Shown here in pieces: positions 1 to 13,724 of a stretch of 55,375 bases of DNA; within the stretch, counting starts at the first letter, position 1; every line of letters starts with the position of its first letter. The notes beneath the pieces are model-generated. The model was not told where the DNA came from. It did no database searches and saw only the letters and a program-made list of their open reading frames with translations. Position numbers and translations under genes: made by a program. This stretch comes from Geosiphon pyriformis uo1 (taxonomy: Eukaryota > Fungi > Glomeromycota): the NCBI GenBank assembly GCA_016748015.1, contig JAAOMT010000731.1, positions 1 to 55,375 on the forward strand, read 5' to 3'.

Positions 1-1777
1 ATTTTAAAAAAAGTTTTATAAATATTTTTAAAAAAGTAAATATTTTGGTTTTATTTGAATTTAATAAAATTATATTAATTTAATTACAACTAATTAAACT
101 ATAATAAAAATCTATAATAAAATATGTTAAATTTGATTAGATTAATATATTGGCTTCAAAATATTTTTTTAATTAATAAAAATTTTATATATATTTTTCT
201 ATATGCTATTTTTATTAAAATTCTGTCTTATAATCTTAATTTATAAGTTTTGTTGTCTAAAACTTTGTATATATAAAAGAATTCATTCTATTTTGAATCA
301 AACTTTCTATTCTACTGTTTTTTAACTTTCATATGATGTAATAATACTCAATCTTCAATTTTAAATTTAATTAATTAATTAGGTAAAAAATTATTATGTC
401 TTTTTTTTACTATTTCTAAGTATTACTAATATTATTAACTATTATTTTATAATTGTTTTCTAATATTTTCATAAACTAATGTGTTTTTTGATATAAGATA
501 GTTTTAAAATTTTTTTTAATAATTGTTTTTGTTAAACAAGAAAGTATTTTTTGTTTAATAAGTAAGATGATTTTTTTTTATAGACTAATTTAAATAGTAT
601 GAACTAATTTATATTTTCTGTATTATTTATATATCAAACATTAAAACAAAATATTATTAAGTTTTATTCTTGTATATTTTTGTGACTTATTTTTGTTAAT
701 ACTTTACACAATATTTAATTAAATTGTTCTACTTGTTTATTTGTTTATAAGTAATATAGTGATAATAATAATTGCTTTATTCTAAATTGTTGGCTTAGTT
801 TAATTAGTATACTATTGATAAAATGAATTTTTTAATTAGATAACAATTTTTCTGGACATTCATATCAGCAAATCAGATTTTGGTATACAAATTTGGTTAT
901 TGTTTTAATATCTGCTATTTAAATAGCTCTAACTTTAAATTAATTTGTCAAATAGCTTACAACTACAGTAATATAATAATTTTTTTAAAAATGATAAAGA
1001 AAAGTCCAACTAAATCAATCTTAATTCTATTAAAAAAAATTTTAACTAAAATAGATTAAAATAGTTTTATTGTTCTGGTTTCTTTTTATTAATATAAATT
1101 ATAATTAATAATATATTCAAAGATATTTTTATACATTATTGACCAATAGTATAGATTTATTGTTTTTTCCAAAATAGTGTTTTTGTTAAAGTGTTCTATA
1201 ATTGGATCAGAGTACATACTATATAATGCAGTTTTTTTTTCGTTTTTTTTTATAACTTATTATGAAGTAATATGGTTTTAGTGTTTTTAATAATATAGTT
1301 AATTGTTTTAAATAAAGTAATTGTAATTTTGTTTCTATATAATATTTTGTTTTTGTTGAGATAATTTCTCCTTAAATTAAAGTATTAATAAATACTAATA
1401 TAATTGTTAATAAATAATTATATTTATAAGTCTGAAATTAGATTTGTATTATCTATAACAAACTGTTAATATGAATATTTTTGGCTCTTTTTTTATAATA
1501 TACTTTGTATAAAAATTGTTGCAGATAAGTATTTTATTATATATATTTTTTTTCAGTTGTAACTTGCTAAGTAATCAAATAAGTCTTTTATAATTCATAT
1601 ATAAATCAAATGATTAGTGAAAATAATGTCTTAAATTTTGTATTGTCTAGTAAATAATAAGATATTCTAAATCTGTTATACTATATATTTTTTCTATTAT
1701 ATTAGTACTGTAACTAGCATAAACAATTGAATATTTTTGATTATCTGATTCAATTATAACAAAATAGCTCTTAGTGT
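1..1777 (-). mobile_element. Very degenerate Ty3/Gypsy internal fragment (RNase H end, integrase), family-D-like; interrupted at 1777 by element A
   Basis: 1640-1777 aligns by eye with the RNase H region at 34800-34920; 840-1430 aligns with the integrase at 33960-34570. No intact ORFs; extreme AT richness. Confidence 0.8.
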
Positions 1778-2709
1778 TATTACAGATGATTATTTGGAGT
1801 GTTAATACAAATAATAAACTCATAACTTAATGCTTAATAGCTGGTATAATTGGTAATTTTTTTTTATATCTGAAGATTTTGGTTAAGTCTTTTATATAAT
1901 GAACAAAGATTCAATAAAAATATCTTTTGATAATGTTTTTAGTGTTTTCTCAATCCTTAAGTTGATGTGCTTTGTTATCTATTACTTCTCGAAATATTTA
2001 TATTCTGTCAATTTTTTTTTCAGCTTGGTGGCTGATATTTTCTGATAAGCTATTCTTAATTCCAAGTGTCTACCTTTATTTCTGGGTTTTTTACTAGTGC
2101 TATTTCCTGATGTTAGTACTCTGTGCATTAATCTTTTTAATTAGTTAGTAAATTAACAAACCAAAATAAATAAAAATAAAAAAATAAAAATAAAAAAATA
2201 AAAAAATAAAAAATTAGTATCTTATTAATAGTCATAATCAAAAGCTATTGTTTCAGTGTGGTTAAGTATTAGATTTTATTAACATAAAGTGTTGATAAAT
2301 GGAAGAGTAATTAAATTCTCAAAAAATTAACAATAACATGAGTTAGATAATAATAAGTATGTTTTATTTTAATATTTAATGTTTTCATTTCAAATTATAA
2401 AATACTATTATATAAAAAAATGGATCTGGAATTGAAACTGAAGGTTCTAAAACTAAGAATTTTTTCTTTTTTGCTAATACTACTGTTATATATACATAAA
2501 TTTCATTATACAAGATTTTTTGAATTTTTCAATTCTTTAGCCAGAAATCTTGAAATTCTGGAATTCTATGATTTCTTATCTGAGAATCTTGTAATTCTGG
2601 AATCCTGCAATTTCTTTAAGAGAAATCTTAAAATTCCATTTTTTATTATGTTTATTCTAATTGGCTAATTTATGTATTAATATATAATTTCTATATTCTA
2701 TGAGTAATA
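1778..2709 (-). repeat. 3' LTR of element A (~930 bp)
   Basis: Ends tattaca.../...gtaata are mutated TGTTAC/GTAACA. Homologous to 10116-10647, 27791-28515 and (inverted) 28516-29347. Followed by the reverse-complement PPT. Confidence 0.85.
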
Positions 2710-3249
2710 TTATTCTCTTTTTTTAATATTAAGCTCTATTAAAATTTTCTATATTTTCTAACTTTTCATCTTTAATTAACTTTTAAATTTTTTTTTTAAG
2801 AATTACTTGAATTATTTTGATCTGTAATTTTTCAAATTGGGTATTGGTTATTTTACTCAATTAATTAACAGTAATTATATTCATTATTGAATTAAGTAGT
2901 ATTGCTGATCAATCTTGAAATCTTACATATAGCCAATATATAACTTGGACTTGTGTGAACAGATTGCTCTTTCCCACAAATTGTTCAAGTTGTTGTAGTA
3001 TTGTTGTATTGAATAACTATTTTGTATTGTCAGTATATAAGTTTTAAATATTCAGGTTTTGTCCCAAATAATAATAACAAAAGTTTCTTGAAAATTATTA
3101 TAACTACTAATTCTAAGTTTCTTTGGTTACTTCTTAATATAATATAACTGTTTCTAATGTTTCTATTAACAACTTTACTTTTACTATTATCTTGTTTATA
3201 TTGGTTTTCAATTTTCTGTGTTCTTTAAATATTATTAGCTGTTCTTTGT

Positions 3250-4184
3250 TTTTTGTTTTTTAAAGTTTTTATTAAGTTATATGTTTTTCTTAACAATATT
3301 TCTCAAAAGTTGCCTTTTGTTATTGGTTTAGTTGAATATATATTGACTTTTATTTCAACTGATAATGTTGCTGTTCTATCATAAATAAGTTTAAATAGTG
3401 TTGTTTGTGTAGTATCTTGCTTTATTGTCTGATAAACAAATAGTACTGATGGTATAAACAAATTACATTCATCTTGGTTTTTTTGACTGATTTTGAAGAT
3501 TGTTTTACATAATATTCTGTTGAATCTTTTAATTAAACTGTTTATTTATAGATGATATAATGATAATAATAGTCTTTTAATTCCAAATCTTTGGCTTAAT
3601 TCTGTTAATGTTCTGTTTACAAAGTAAGTTCTTTGATCTGATAACAATTTTTTTAGACATTTGTGTCAGCAAATCAAATCTTGAAGGACAAATTTGGCTA
3701 CAGATTTTGTATTTGTCTTTTGAATTGCTTTTGCTTCTGGTTATTTTGTGAGATAATTCATAACTAAGTTAATTCTGATTCAATCAAATAGTTGTTCTAC
3801 TTTAATTGGTCTTAATGATTCACTGGGTTTTGTTTCTCTTTTTTTTTGACAAGTATCACAATTTTAAATGTATTAGATAATGTTTGAATATATTGATGAC
3901 CAATAATATTTTTTTTTAGTTCTTTCCATAGTTGCTTTTTTATGAAAATATCCTGCTGTTGGATCTAAGTGCATGTTATATAATATTGTTTCTTTTTCTG
4001 GTTCTGTGATTACTCTGAGTGGTTAATTTGGATCTTTTCTGTTTTTTCGATATAATATATTTTGGTAAATAATAAAATATTTTGATTGTTGTTTTATGCT
4101 GTTTTGTTCTTTTTGAGATAATTTTTTCTTAAACTATTGGGTATTAATATAGTGTTAGAGTTGTTGATATTTTTGTGTGTTCAT
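3250..4184 (-). pseudogene. Stand-alone integrase ORF remnant of element A (left end approximate)
   Basis: Starts ATG-AAC-ACA-CAA at 4184, 22 nt after an in-frame stop (4207-4209) that follows the RNase H ADGLSR-like motif. MHLDPTAGYF..CDTCQ, LSDQ and DSTE remnants of HHCC/DDE. Confidence 0.75.
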
Positions 4185-4206
4185 TTTTTATTATATTTTT
4201 GGATTT

Positions 4207-7200
4207 TTAAAATATTCTTAGATTTGTTTTATTCATGATAAACCATCAACATTTCTATTTTTTTTTTTTTTTATAATGTATTGTATATTTGAATGATAAA
4301 AGTTTTATTTTCTATTTTGTATGGTGGTTATCTCCAAATTTTTGCTTTTGAATTAATATTAATTCTTTGTGATTAGTGTATATTTCAAACTTTTGGCTTA
4401 AATATTCTTTTTATTTAATAACTGTCCAATAGATAATTAAGTGTTTTAGTGCTGGTGTTTCATAATTCTTTTCCATTAAACTCAAACTTTGGCTGACATA
4501 TGCTACTGGATGTTTTCATTTATTTAGTCTTCTCTAAGATAGTACAGCTTCCAATGCTTAACCAGACACATTGGTAGTAATAATAAATGACTTGTTGTAG
4601 TCTGAATAGATCAGTATTGGTGCTTAGATAAGCTTTCTTTTTAATATATTAAAAGCTTCTTGTTGAGTTTCTGTTCATTCATATTTCATATTTTTGGTTT
4701 GAAGCTAGTGAAATGGTTAAGCCAGTTTGAAAAAATTCTGGATAAAGCAGTAGTAATATTCAGTAAATCCCAAGAATGCTTGTAATTTTATCAAATTTGT
4801 TAATACTAAAAAGTTTTTTACTATCTCTATCTTATTTGAATCTGTTTTGATGTCATTATTGCTTATAACATGTCTTAAAAATTTCAGTTCTGTTTTGTTA
4901 AAGAAGCATTTAGTGGCATTAAACTTTAGCCCTGCTCATCTCAATTTTTTGAACACTTGCTGTAGATGATAAAAATAATTATCAAATATTTTTAAGAACA
5001 CATTGGTATCATCTAAATACATAACTACTGATTTCTATAGTAATCCAGTATAAACAATTTTTATTAGCCATTAGAAAATGACTGAAGCATTAGTTAAACC
5101 AAATAATATTACTTCAAACTCAAAGTTTTCTTTTTTGATGATGAATATAGTCTTTTTTTTGTCAGCTGAATTTATGACTACTTGTCAATAACCACTATCT
5201 AAATTCAGTGTTGAAAACCATTTTTTTCCTTCAAAAGCATTAAATAATTTCTGAATTCATAGAGTTAGATAGCTGTTTTTAAGAGTAACATTGTTGAGTT
5301 TTCTGTAATCTACACAAAAGCAAATTTTTCTATTCTTTTTGTGGATTAGTACCACTGGTAATGACTATGAACTTAACGATAATTAAATTAACCTATTGTC
5401 TAATATTTGGTTAATTTTTTGTCAGATGATTTTATGACTTGCTTGTATTATTCAGTATGTTGTTTGTTTAATTAACATTGTATCTCCAGTCTTGATCTGG
5501 TGCTAAATAATATCAATTCTGCCAAATTTATTTTCACAAGTAAAAATATCAGTAAAATTGTTAAGTAACATTTTAAGTTGTATCTGTTATAGTAAATCTA
5601 AGTTTTCCAAGTTTTCCAAGTTTATTTTTTTCAATTGTTTGAATTGAAACAAATAGTATTTTTCTTATCCATATATTGTTTGTGATGTGATATCCACATA
5701 TCTACACAGTTGTGGAAAATTTGGAATGGTGTTTGGTAGTTGATTTTTAACTTTAGTACTTAAATATCTGATAATAGTTCTTTTTAGATCTTTAGTTGTA
5801 TTATAAATAAGAATTTTGATGTGCTTGTTATTTTTAGCTGGTATATAGAGATTGGTAATAGCAATTTCTTTTAATTTACAAATAGTGGCTTCTGCTTTGA
5901 AAATTTGGGGTTGATTTCTCATTTTTTTTTCTATAACTATTAAATACTAGTTATAAGGTAGAATAGAAATTGATTGACTGGTGGAAATAATTTTTTCTTT
6001 GTTAATTAATTTTTCTTCTATTATATTAACTGGTATGTTTATTTTATTTATAGATCTGAATCCATTTTTCTTTTTGGCTGTAATCCCTAATTTTTCTTTT
6101 GTTCTTATTAACACTAACTGAATTATTTTTACCAAAGGTAAGAATATTGTCTGCACTATTTTTTCATTCAGTTTAATAATATATTCTTTTTTCGAGTTAT
6201 TTTGTAATATTACAATGATATTTCCTATATATTCTGCATCAATTATTTCTCCCTTAATGTTGATTTTCTTTTTTGCTAAACTAAATCTAGATGTTAATTA
6301 AATTATTGTTGTTATTGAAATTTCTAATACTAATTTTAAATTTATACAGATGTGTAAATATAATTTTAATTTGATGACATCTTTTCCTGAATATTTCAGA
6401 TCAAACTCTGCATCAGTATTATATGCATGTTTTAACATAATACTTTTGTTATTATTGCTGAGCCATTTGAGTTCTTGCTTCTTGGAAAGATTAGGGAGCA
6501 TAATATATTGTTTGGAATTACAATTAGAGTCTGAATCATTATTGTTGTTATTGTTATTTTGAATAGAACTGGAACTGTTGTTATTGTCATCATTGTTAGA
6601 GTTTGAATTGTGATTAAGTGGTAATTTCAATTCTATTTCACAGCTGTTGATTGGTTTTTTCTTTTCTGAAATTGTGTAAGTTATGTTTGGTAGTTGATTG
6701 TAAATAATATCACAATTATTACAATATTGGAAGTCACATGGAATTAAACAGTAATCACATAGATAGATATTGAAATATTCTAAATATTGCTTTTGTTTTT
6801 CTTTAGTAGATGTTAATTTTTGATAGTATTTGTAAAATTGTTCTGAATTTATGATATTAAAGATAATATTGAAGTTTAAGATCCAAATAATTTCTTTTTT
6901 TACCCAATTGCTTATGAAAATCATGTACTGACATGATTCATCACATGTTTTTTCACAATTAGGAATGTTATTTTACATTTCTTTGTCTAAGAGAGTTTTT
7001 CCACAAGCAAGACATGGTTTATTGTTCTATTTTCTTTGTTTTTTTGGTCATCCAAAGTGTTCAAGAATGTATGGATAACAGTAGTATTTTGTGGCCATTG
7101 GCCATTCTTCATTATTGCCACAACATATGCCCATTGTTAACAATTTTTTACCACAATCAATGCAAATAATTTGGGTTAATAATAGTTTGGCTGGTATTAA

Positions 7201-10090
7201 GTAATAGTAATATATGATATATATATAAAAGTAGTTGCTTGGAGAGTTTTTTTTTTTTCTCTTTACCCTTTTCTTTTTATGTAGGTATTGGTAATAATTT
7301 ATTGTGTTCTTTTTCAGCCCATAAAACTTAATATATTTTTCAGATAGGTTTTTTTTTTTCTTAAACTCAAATAGTGACTGTTTGTTGATAGTGGTTTTGA
7401 AATAATCACAAATGGTTGGCACTCAAATATTTTGGCCATTTTGGCTTAGTTGTAATTTTTGAGTGTTCCAATCAAACACCACATTGGTTTTGAACAGCCA
7501 GTTATTATCAATGAAAGCTTGGTACTGTGTGGTTTCTATTATCAATATTTTAATGGACACAATGATACTATTGACTTTAAATGAGAAGTTATCAATTTTG
7601 CCAATTGAAATTTTTGTGGCTCTGTCAGTAGTAATAATTCTGGCACTAGTAGCATAATCAATTCAGTAACCTAATTGGTCCATGAGTTGTTATGTGATAA
7701 TACTGCCAGCTAATCCACTATTTAGGATCAGTTTGATAAACTGACCATCAATTTTGACATCAGTATACATTGCAGTAATGAGTTTTGATTTAAGGGTGGC
7801 TCCATTAAATAAAAGTGTTTCAACTGGTTTCTTTAATTTAAAAAGAAAAATGGCAGTAAGTGATTTATTTTCAGTAATGGTTACTGATAAAATGTTGTTA
7901 GTGAGTAGTTAAATTTGATTAAGTTTCTGTTTGCTGAGTTTGACATCTTCTAAAGTAATTAGAAGACTTAAATAGTTCTGGAAATTTGGGTTTTGGTTGT
8001 ATCTAGTTCTTAAATTCTACTGGCATGATTCTGAGAGCTGTTGTAATAAACTAGAGATTAGTTGATACATTATTATTGCTGATCTTCAGTTTTGTAATAT
8101 GTGAGTGATTCTCAGTCTTGGATTTTCAGATATTTGAGCTGAGTTTTGTGGCTGTGTTTGAAATAGTTGGGGTTGATATATTATTGGTATCAAAGACTAA
8201 TAAATTAGTGATAAGTATATTGAAATGTAATAAGGTTGATACAGGTCTTGATTTGGAGAATAATTCAGAGTTTAAAATTGGCAATTGGGGTTTTGATGTT
8301 GATTTCCTAATCATTAATTATTAATTTTGGTATGGCAGTCAACTTTGATGTGACCTTATTTACTATAATTGTGACAAATATGTGTTTCTTACTGCTATAA
8401 TTAATGAATTGACAATAATACAGGATGTGACTGATTTTGATATTGGTTGAAAACTTTGAAATTGTTATGACATTGTGGTGATTAATATATTGTCTTATTG
8501 TTGTTAGCTAAGTATTCCTCTAATTTCTGATTAATTAAGTTATTAAACTGTTTCAATTTTGAGTCCAAGTCAGATAATTTGTTCATTACTAGATTTATGG
8601 CTTGAGCATGATTGGTTTCTAGTTCAGCTGATTTAAAATTTCTGATGTAAGTAACTGCAGCTTAAAAAATGGCTAAATATAATAGACATATATATTGTAG
8701 AATACTACTGTGTAATCTGTGAATAAACTGATTCGAGATTTGTGTTACTGTAAAATAATCTGCATTGATGGCTTAGATTTGGTGTAGATTGTAATAGAAG
8801 CATTCCAAATATATAGTAACAGCTTCAGTCTTTCCTTGTTTAATAATAGTAAAGATATTTGCTAAGTAGTTGATGCTATTATTATTACTGAAATATCTCA
8901 AAAATTCAACTTTAAATGCATTAAAGTCTTAAAGTTTCTGGATTAGACTTCAATATCACAAGTTGACAGTATCTTGCAAAAAATATGAGATTGTCTATAA
9001 TGCTCTAATATTATCCTATTTATTGACTGCAATGGCTTTTTTCATATTGTTGAACCAAACTTGTACATTATCTTTTTTACCAGTGAATTTTTCAAGTTTT
9101 GTGATTGGAACATAGGTTATTGGTGTTAGTAATAGTAATTATTGTTATTGTAGTTGTAGTTGTTATTGAAATTGTTGCTAAAGTAGTGATTGTGGCTGTT
9201 GTTGTTGTTATTGTTCAGTAATTGGTACAACTGGTAATGGATTGATCATGATTATTGGAGATAAGTTTTGGAAAACAATAAAAACAGTATTTGGATTGTT
9301 CTGATTTTACTAGGTTGGAATGATTGGGATTTGTATTTTTGGGTTTTCTGAGATCAGGTTTTAATAATTAAATTCCTGATTTTTGTTTTTTTTTTTCTTC
9401 TAATTTCATTATTTCTCAAAGATTAGTGGTTCTGAAATCTGGTTGAGATAATAGTAGTTAAAATCTTGATGGCATTGGTAATTGTGATTTAAATCTCTTA
9501 AAATAATCACTGTAGGTTTCCAATAAATTGGTTTTTTTTGGTTGCTTTGAAATGTTATTTTTGTTGATAGTATTCTTGCAGTTAATGTGAATGTGCCTGC
9601 CAATATTATGTTAATAGTACTTTCTAGTATATAATAGTATGATAGATAAATAGAGAAAACTATTCTTGGTTTCTTCCAAGTAAGTAGTTGTATCTTTTTT
9701 GGTGTTTCTGCTGATGTTTATAGGTTTTTTTTGCCTTTTTCTGTGTAGATAATAAGAAATGTTTGTTGGGTGTAATTTTTAATTTTTTTGTTGATTTCAG
9801 TAATAATTAGGGCAAAGTTGTGATTTAATAATAAGTTAGTGTATTGAATTAATTTACTGTAAAAATTTTTTTTTGCTGATTCTGTATTTACTGGTTTTCT
9901 TAGAAAATATTTAATTCTTTCATTGATGTAAAAGTTGAAGGCTAATTTTGCTAATAGTTGGTTATTGGTTAATTCCAAGTGTTGACAGTAGTATTAAAAT
10001 AAGGATTTGGTAAATTCTAGATGGTTTATTCCTCTTATTTCTAATTCTGCCACTTTTGAATAATTGTTGTTAATGCTAGTTTTCTGTAAG
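4207..10090 (-). pseudogene. Gag-protease-Cys-rich-dUTPase-RT-RNase H polyprotein remnant of element A
   Basis: ORF-track fragments 6298..6924 (CDYCLIPCDFQYCNNC, DAEFDLKY), 7048..7422 (CIDCGKK) and 5947..6156; RT motifs CVDYRKLN and YLDD; many C-to-T-type stops. Confidence 0.85.
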
Positions 10091-10097
10091 ATTATAT

Positions 10098-10113
10098 CTT
10101 ATAGAAAGCACCA
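10098..10113 (-). promoter_or_regulatory. Primer-binding site of element A
   Basis: Reverse complement TGGTGCTTTCTATAAG lies 2 nt from the LTR end and is a mutated form of the TGGTGCTCTCTGTGAG seen at 29350. Confidence 0.85.
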
Positions 10114-10115
10114 AA

Positions 10116-10647
10116 TATTACAAGTAATTATTTGGAGTGTTGAAACAAATAACAAACCCATAACTTGGTGCTCAATAGCTGATAGTGTTGATAATATTTG
10201 AAGGTTTTTGTAATCTGAAGGTTTTGGTTTGAGTTTTTTGTATAATAGACAGAGATTCAAGTATTGTTTTATCTATAGCTTTTCAGAATTGCTATTCCAT
10301 CAAATTTTTTCCTTAGTGTGATGGCCAGTAATTCTTCTGGTAAGCTATCCTCAATAATAAGTGTTTTACTTTTGTTTTACAGATCTTTTACCAATTCTTT
10401 TGATATTAGTAATAATCTTTAATCAATTAGTAAATAATAAACAAAACAAAAAAAATAAAAAAAATAAAGAGATAAGCCAAGGCAAAAAAGAGTTAGTATT
10501 TTATTAATAGCCATAATCAAGAGCTATTAGTCTAGTATAGTTAAATATTAGCAATTATCAACATAAATTGTTGATAATAAAAAATAAATTGTAATAATAA
10601 TAGGTATTTTTATTAATATTTGATGTTTTTACTTCAAGTCATAGAAT
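10116..10647 (-). repeat. 5' LTR of element A (R/U5 part only)
   Basis: Homologous to 1778-~2400; stops abruptly at the adapter sequence. Confidence 0.85.
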
Positions 10648-10666
10648 CTGTCTCTTATACACATCT
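10648..10666 (+). other. Tn5 mosaic end / Nextera adapter contamination
   Basis: Exact 19-mer CTGTCTCTTATACACATCT joining two unrelated LTR fragments. Confidence 0.97.
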
Positions 10667-10674
10667 GTAAACAT

Positions 10675-10826
10675 TGTTATCAGTAGAATTTTAGTTATAA
10701 ATTAACATAAAATTATTTTTATAATTCCCATCATTAATTAGCATATATTAATATTGTTTTAAATTATCATTTATTAATTAATCAAATTATTGAATATCAC
10801 TAGTCAATTAATAATCTGATTTATAT
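10675..10826 (+). repeat. 5' (U3) fragment of a family-C LTR
   Basis: tgttatcagtagaattttag... is the reverse complement of the solo-LTR end at ~12915-13067. Confidence 0.85.
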
Positions 10827-12098
10827 AATAGAAATTAAAATAATTAAATTACATAATAAAAACTTCTTTCTTTCTTTTGTCTCAAATTTCCAAAAAAGAG
10901 TCAAAAAGTTTTTTACCATTCAGTACAATAAATCAAAACTGTTTTTGCTTGATTATGAGACTACTGTTGGTCCTAGTATTGCTGTTATAAAGAAAACTGT
11001 TAAAAATTTTGGTTTGAATAATGGTTTTAAATCTGTTTTTCCAAAAAAAAAGAAAAAAGGTGGTGTTTTAAAAGATAATATAAGTACTAAAAAAGTTCAT
11101 GCCAAAGTAGTAAGTGGTTATTCTTGAAGTTCAAAAGCTGGTAATACTATTGAATCTGACAGTATTGACATAAAAAAAAAGTGTCTGATTGAAAAAACTA
11201 GCTTTAACTATAGTAATAAAGCCATTTTTAATGGCAAAAATACTAACTAAACACTAAAAAATTTGCATATCAAGACCAAAAAAACTCCAATTTCTTAAGT
11301 GATGACAATAATAATAATGTTTTATTAGATGTCTCCCTAGTTTTTTTTTCTTCTTTAAAGATTTTGGTTAATATTCTGGTTAAAAAATTATTTATTTTAG
11401 ATATTGGCTTAAATAAAGTGGTTGAGAAATCCTCTTAAGAAAAGCTAGTAGTGATTAGGAAATTATTTTCAAAAGTTAATGGTTTTGAGGAAGTCTCTAC
11501 TTTCTCAAAATTTTCTGGAATTATCCAAGCAATGTTTACTTTTAAATCAAGCTTAGCTTAAATATCTAATATGGCTAAGAATGTAAAGATCTTAGTAAAC
11601 ACTAATCTTAAAAAATCTACTGGTTGTTCAGATTGAACTGTAGTAGTAAAAAAAATTCCAGTTGGAACATTGGCTAAGACTGTATATACTGCACTATCTG
11701 AGTTTGGTATTATTAAGTTGATTAAAATATAGTTAGTAAGTCTTTGGCAGAAAGCTATTATTGAATTTGAACAAATAAATCAAGCCAATTTGGCTGTAAC
11801 AAAGTGGTCTATCTTAATTAAAAAAGATGCAGTTTGTATTGCTAGAGCTGATATGAACAAGAAATCATAGGATGCAAGAGATAATCATAAGATATTGTTG
11901 TATACTTTACTAGTGAAAACAAATACACATTATATTTGGGATTTTATTAGATCAGCTAGTAGTAAGACTTGTGTCATTGATTGTTATTCAGTCATATATG
12001 TCTGATTCAGATATGCTGTAGTGTGTTTTGACTCTGCCAATTTACTTAATACTATCATGAAAACCACTTTAGTTCTAAAAGATGCCAATTTGTACTGG

Positions 12099-13067
12099 TG
12101 TTACCAGAGATTTTTGGTCTCTTTTTTTAAATATTGTTAATGTTGATTTGCTGTAAATTCATGTTTCCAGGAAGTAGTTGGACCTCCAATAACTGAATTT
12201 ATCTTCAAATTATCTCTTATAATTTGAACTGCTGGGCTTATAAATAGAATGACCAATTTCTTACCAGTTACTTTATGTAGTTACATTGTAGTAAATATCA
12301 ACTCTTTCTCAGAAATTGCTTATCTGAAAGCTCACTAAAAATGTGTAGTTACTTTGCTGTAAAAGTCAACTTTTCTACAGGAATCTTATCTGTAGACTAC
12401 CCTAATAATTATAATAAAAAAAGAAAGAAAAATAAAAGAAATATAAAAGAAATAGAATTTATTAAGAGAAACGTTTTCTATCTAGGCCTGGAGTCACTAA
12501 CAGATTATTGAAATTGGTAGCTAATCAATTTCAAAACGTTAGTTGTGTTAAGAAAATTTTAGTGTAATAATTTAAGGATTTGATTTTCGAATGTTTAGTT
12601 TTTATTTGAATGTATAAAAGGTAATTTGTTTTAATTAAAATATCTAAAGTAGGATACTATGATAAGATACTATGAGAAGATACATTTTCTTGAAGAGAGA
12701 AGCTCTTTTTTTATACAACTTGTTGTAGTACCAGTTTTTGAACTTGCACTTTTCTTTTTGCTACAATTTGGGTAATCTTAAGATATATTTTGGTGAACTA
12801 CAAATTATTTCACTGAACTATTTGATTATTTCGGCCAATTTTCATTAATTTCGGCGAATTTTGATTATGTTAAATGGTTCAGAGTATTGTGTAATTTAAT
12901 CATCTTAATTTCTAGAGTACAAATCAGATTATTGATTGAGTAATGATATTTGATAATTTAATTAACTAATAAATAATAATTGAAATAATAATAATATATG
13001 CTAATTAATAATAGGAATTATGAGAGTAATTTCATGCTAATTAATAGCTAAAATTCTACTGGTAACA
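12099..13067 (-). mobile_element. Solo LTR, family C (969 bp), inserted in LINE ORF1
   Basis: TGTTACCAG...CTGGTAACA termini; perfect 4-bp TSD CTGG (12095-12098, 13068-13071); homologous to 36857-37838; the LINE reading NLYW|SWLGSSK resumes across it. Confidence 0.96.
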
Positions 13068-13724
13068 CTGGTCTTGGCTGGGTTCCTCCAAATATGCTAA
13101 GTATAGAAAAATAGAACATATATTATTAAGCTGTGCTTCTAGTGAAAAAAATTCTTATGGTGTTTTTTCTTATAAGGTGCTTTCTAAAGAAGATAAAAAC
13201 AGACTAACTTCCATTTATGCCAAGTATTTAGCTTTGATTGTTTACTTTGTTTTATTTGGTGGTGTTTTTTGGGTAAAAATTGTGGATGAGTCTTCTTTTT
13301 TCCCTTTTCTTGTACATAATAGTTCAGATAATTCTGGTTTCTTTTTGGAAATAAAACCTACTCTGCTGGTGTCTATAAAATTGAACAATAAGTTTGCTAC
13401 TCTTAAGTGTAGTCTTGCCAGTCTTATAGAACATGTTGACAAATTGGCTAAAAGATTAGATATATTTGGGCCAATGGTTTCTTAATCTAGTCTTAAATAT
13501 TAGCTATTAATAATTTCTTTATTACAGAATTAAGGGACAGATATAGTAATAAGTAAGAATTTAGGTGTAACTATTAGTAACAAAACTATTGTAGAAATGA
13601 TGATTTTTGACTTTTTGGTTATCTTAAAAATAGAGAACACTTTGAACAATTTGTTAGTTATGATTATGAGTCTATTAGCCAAAATAGACAATGCTAATTT
13701 GGTTCTTGTCACTATTTTTTCCCA

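Larger units (their letters stand above)
1778..10647 (-). mobile_element. Element A: Ty3/Gypsy-like LTR retrotransposon (family A), heavily mutated, 5' LTR truncated at an adapter junction
   Basis: Direct repeats 1778-~2400 and 10116-10647; PBS next to the 5' LTR; degenerate PPT at ~2710-2723. Gag Zn knuckle ~8350-8400, protease LILNSGLAGS ~7700-7735, dUTPase ~6050-6430, RT YLDD ~5005-5020, integrase ~3250-4184. Confidence 0.92.

Noticed and set aside
10648-10666. Tn5/IS50 end as evidence of bacterial horizontal transfer
   Set aside because: It is the synthetic mosaic end used in Nextera libraries; there is no transposase or second end.
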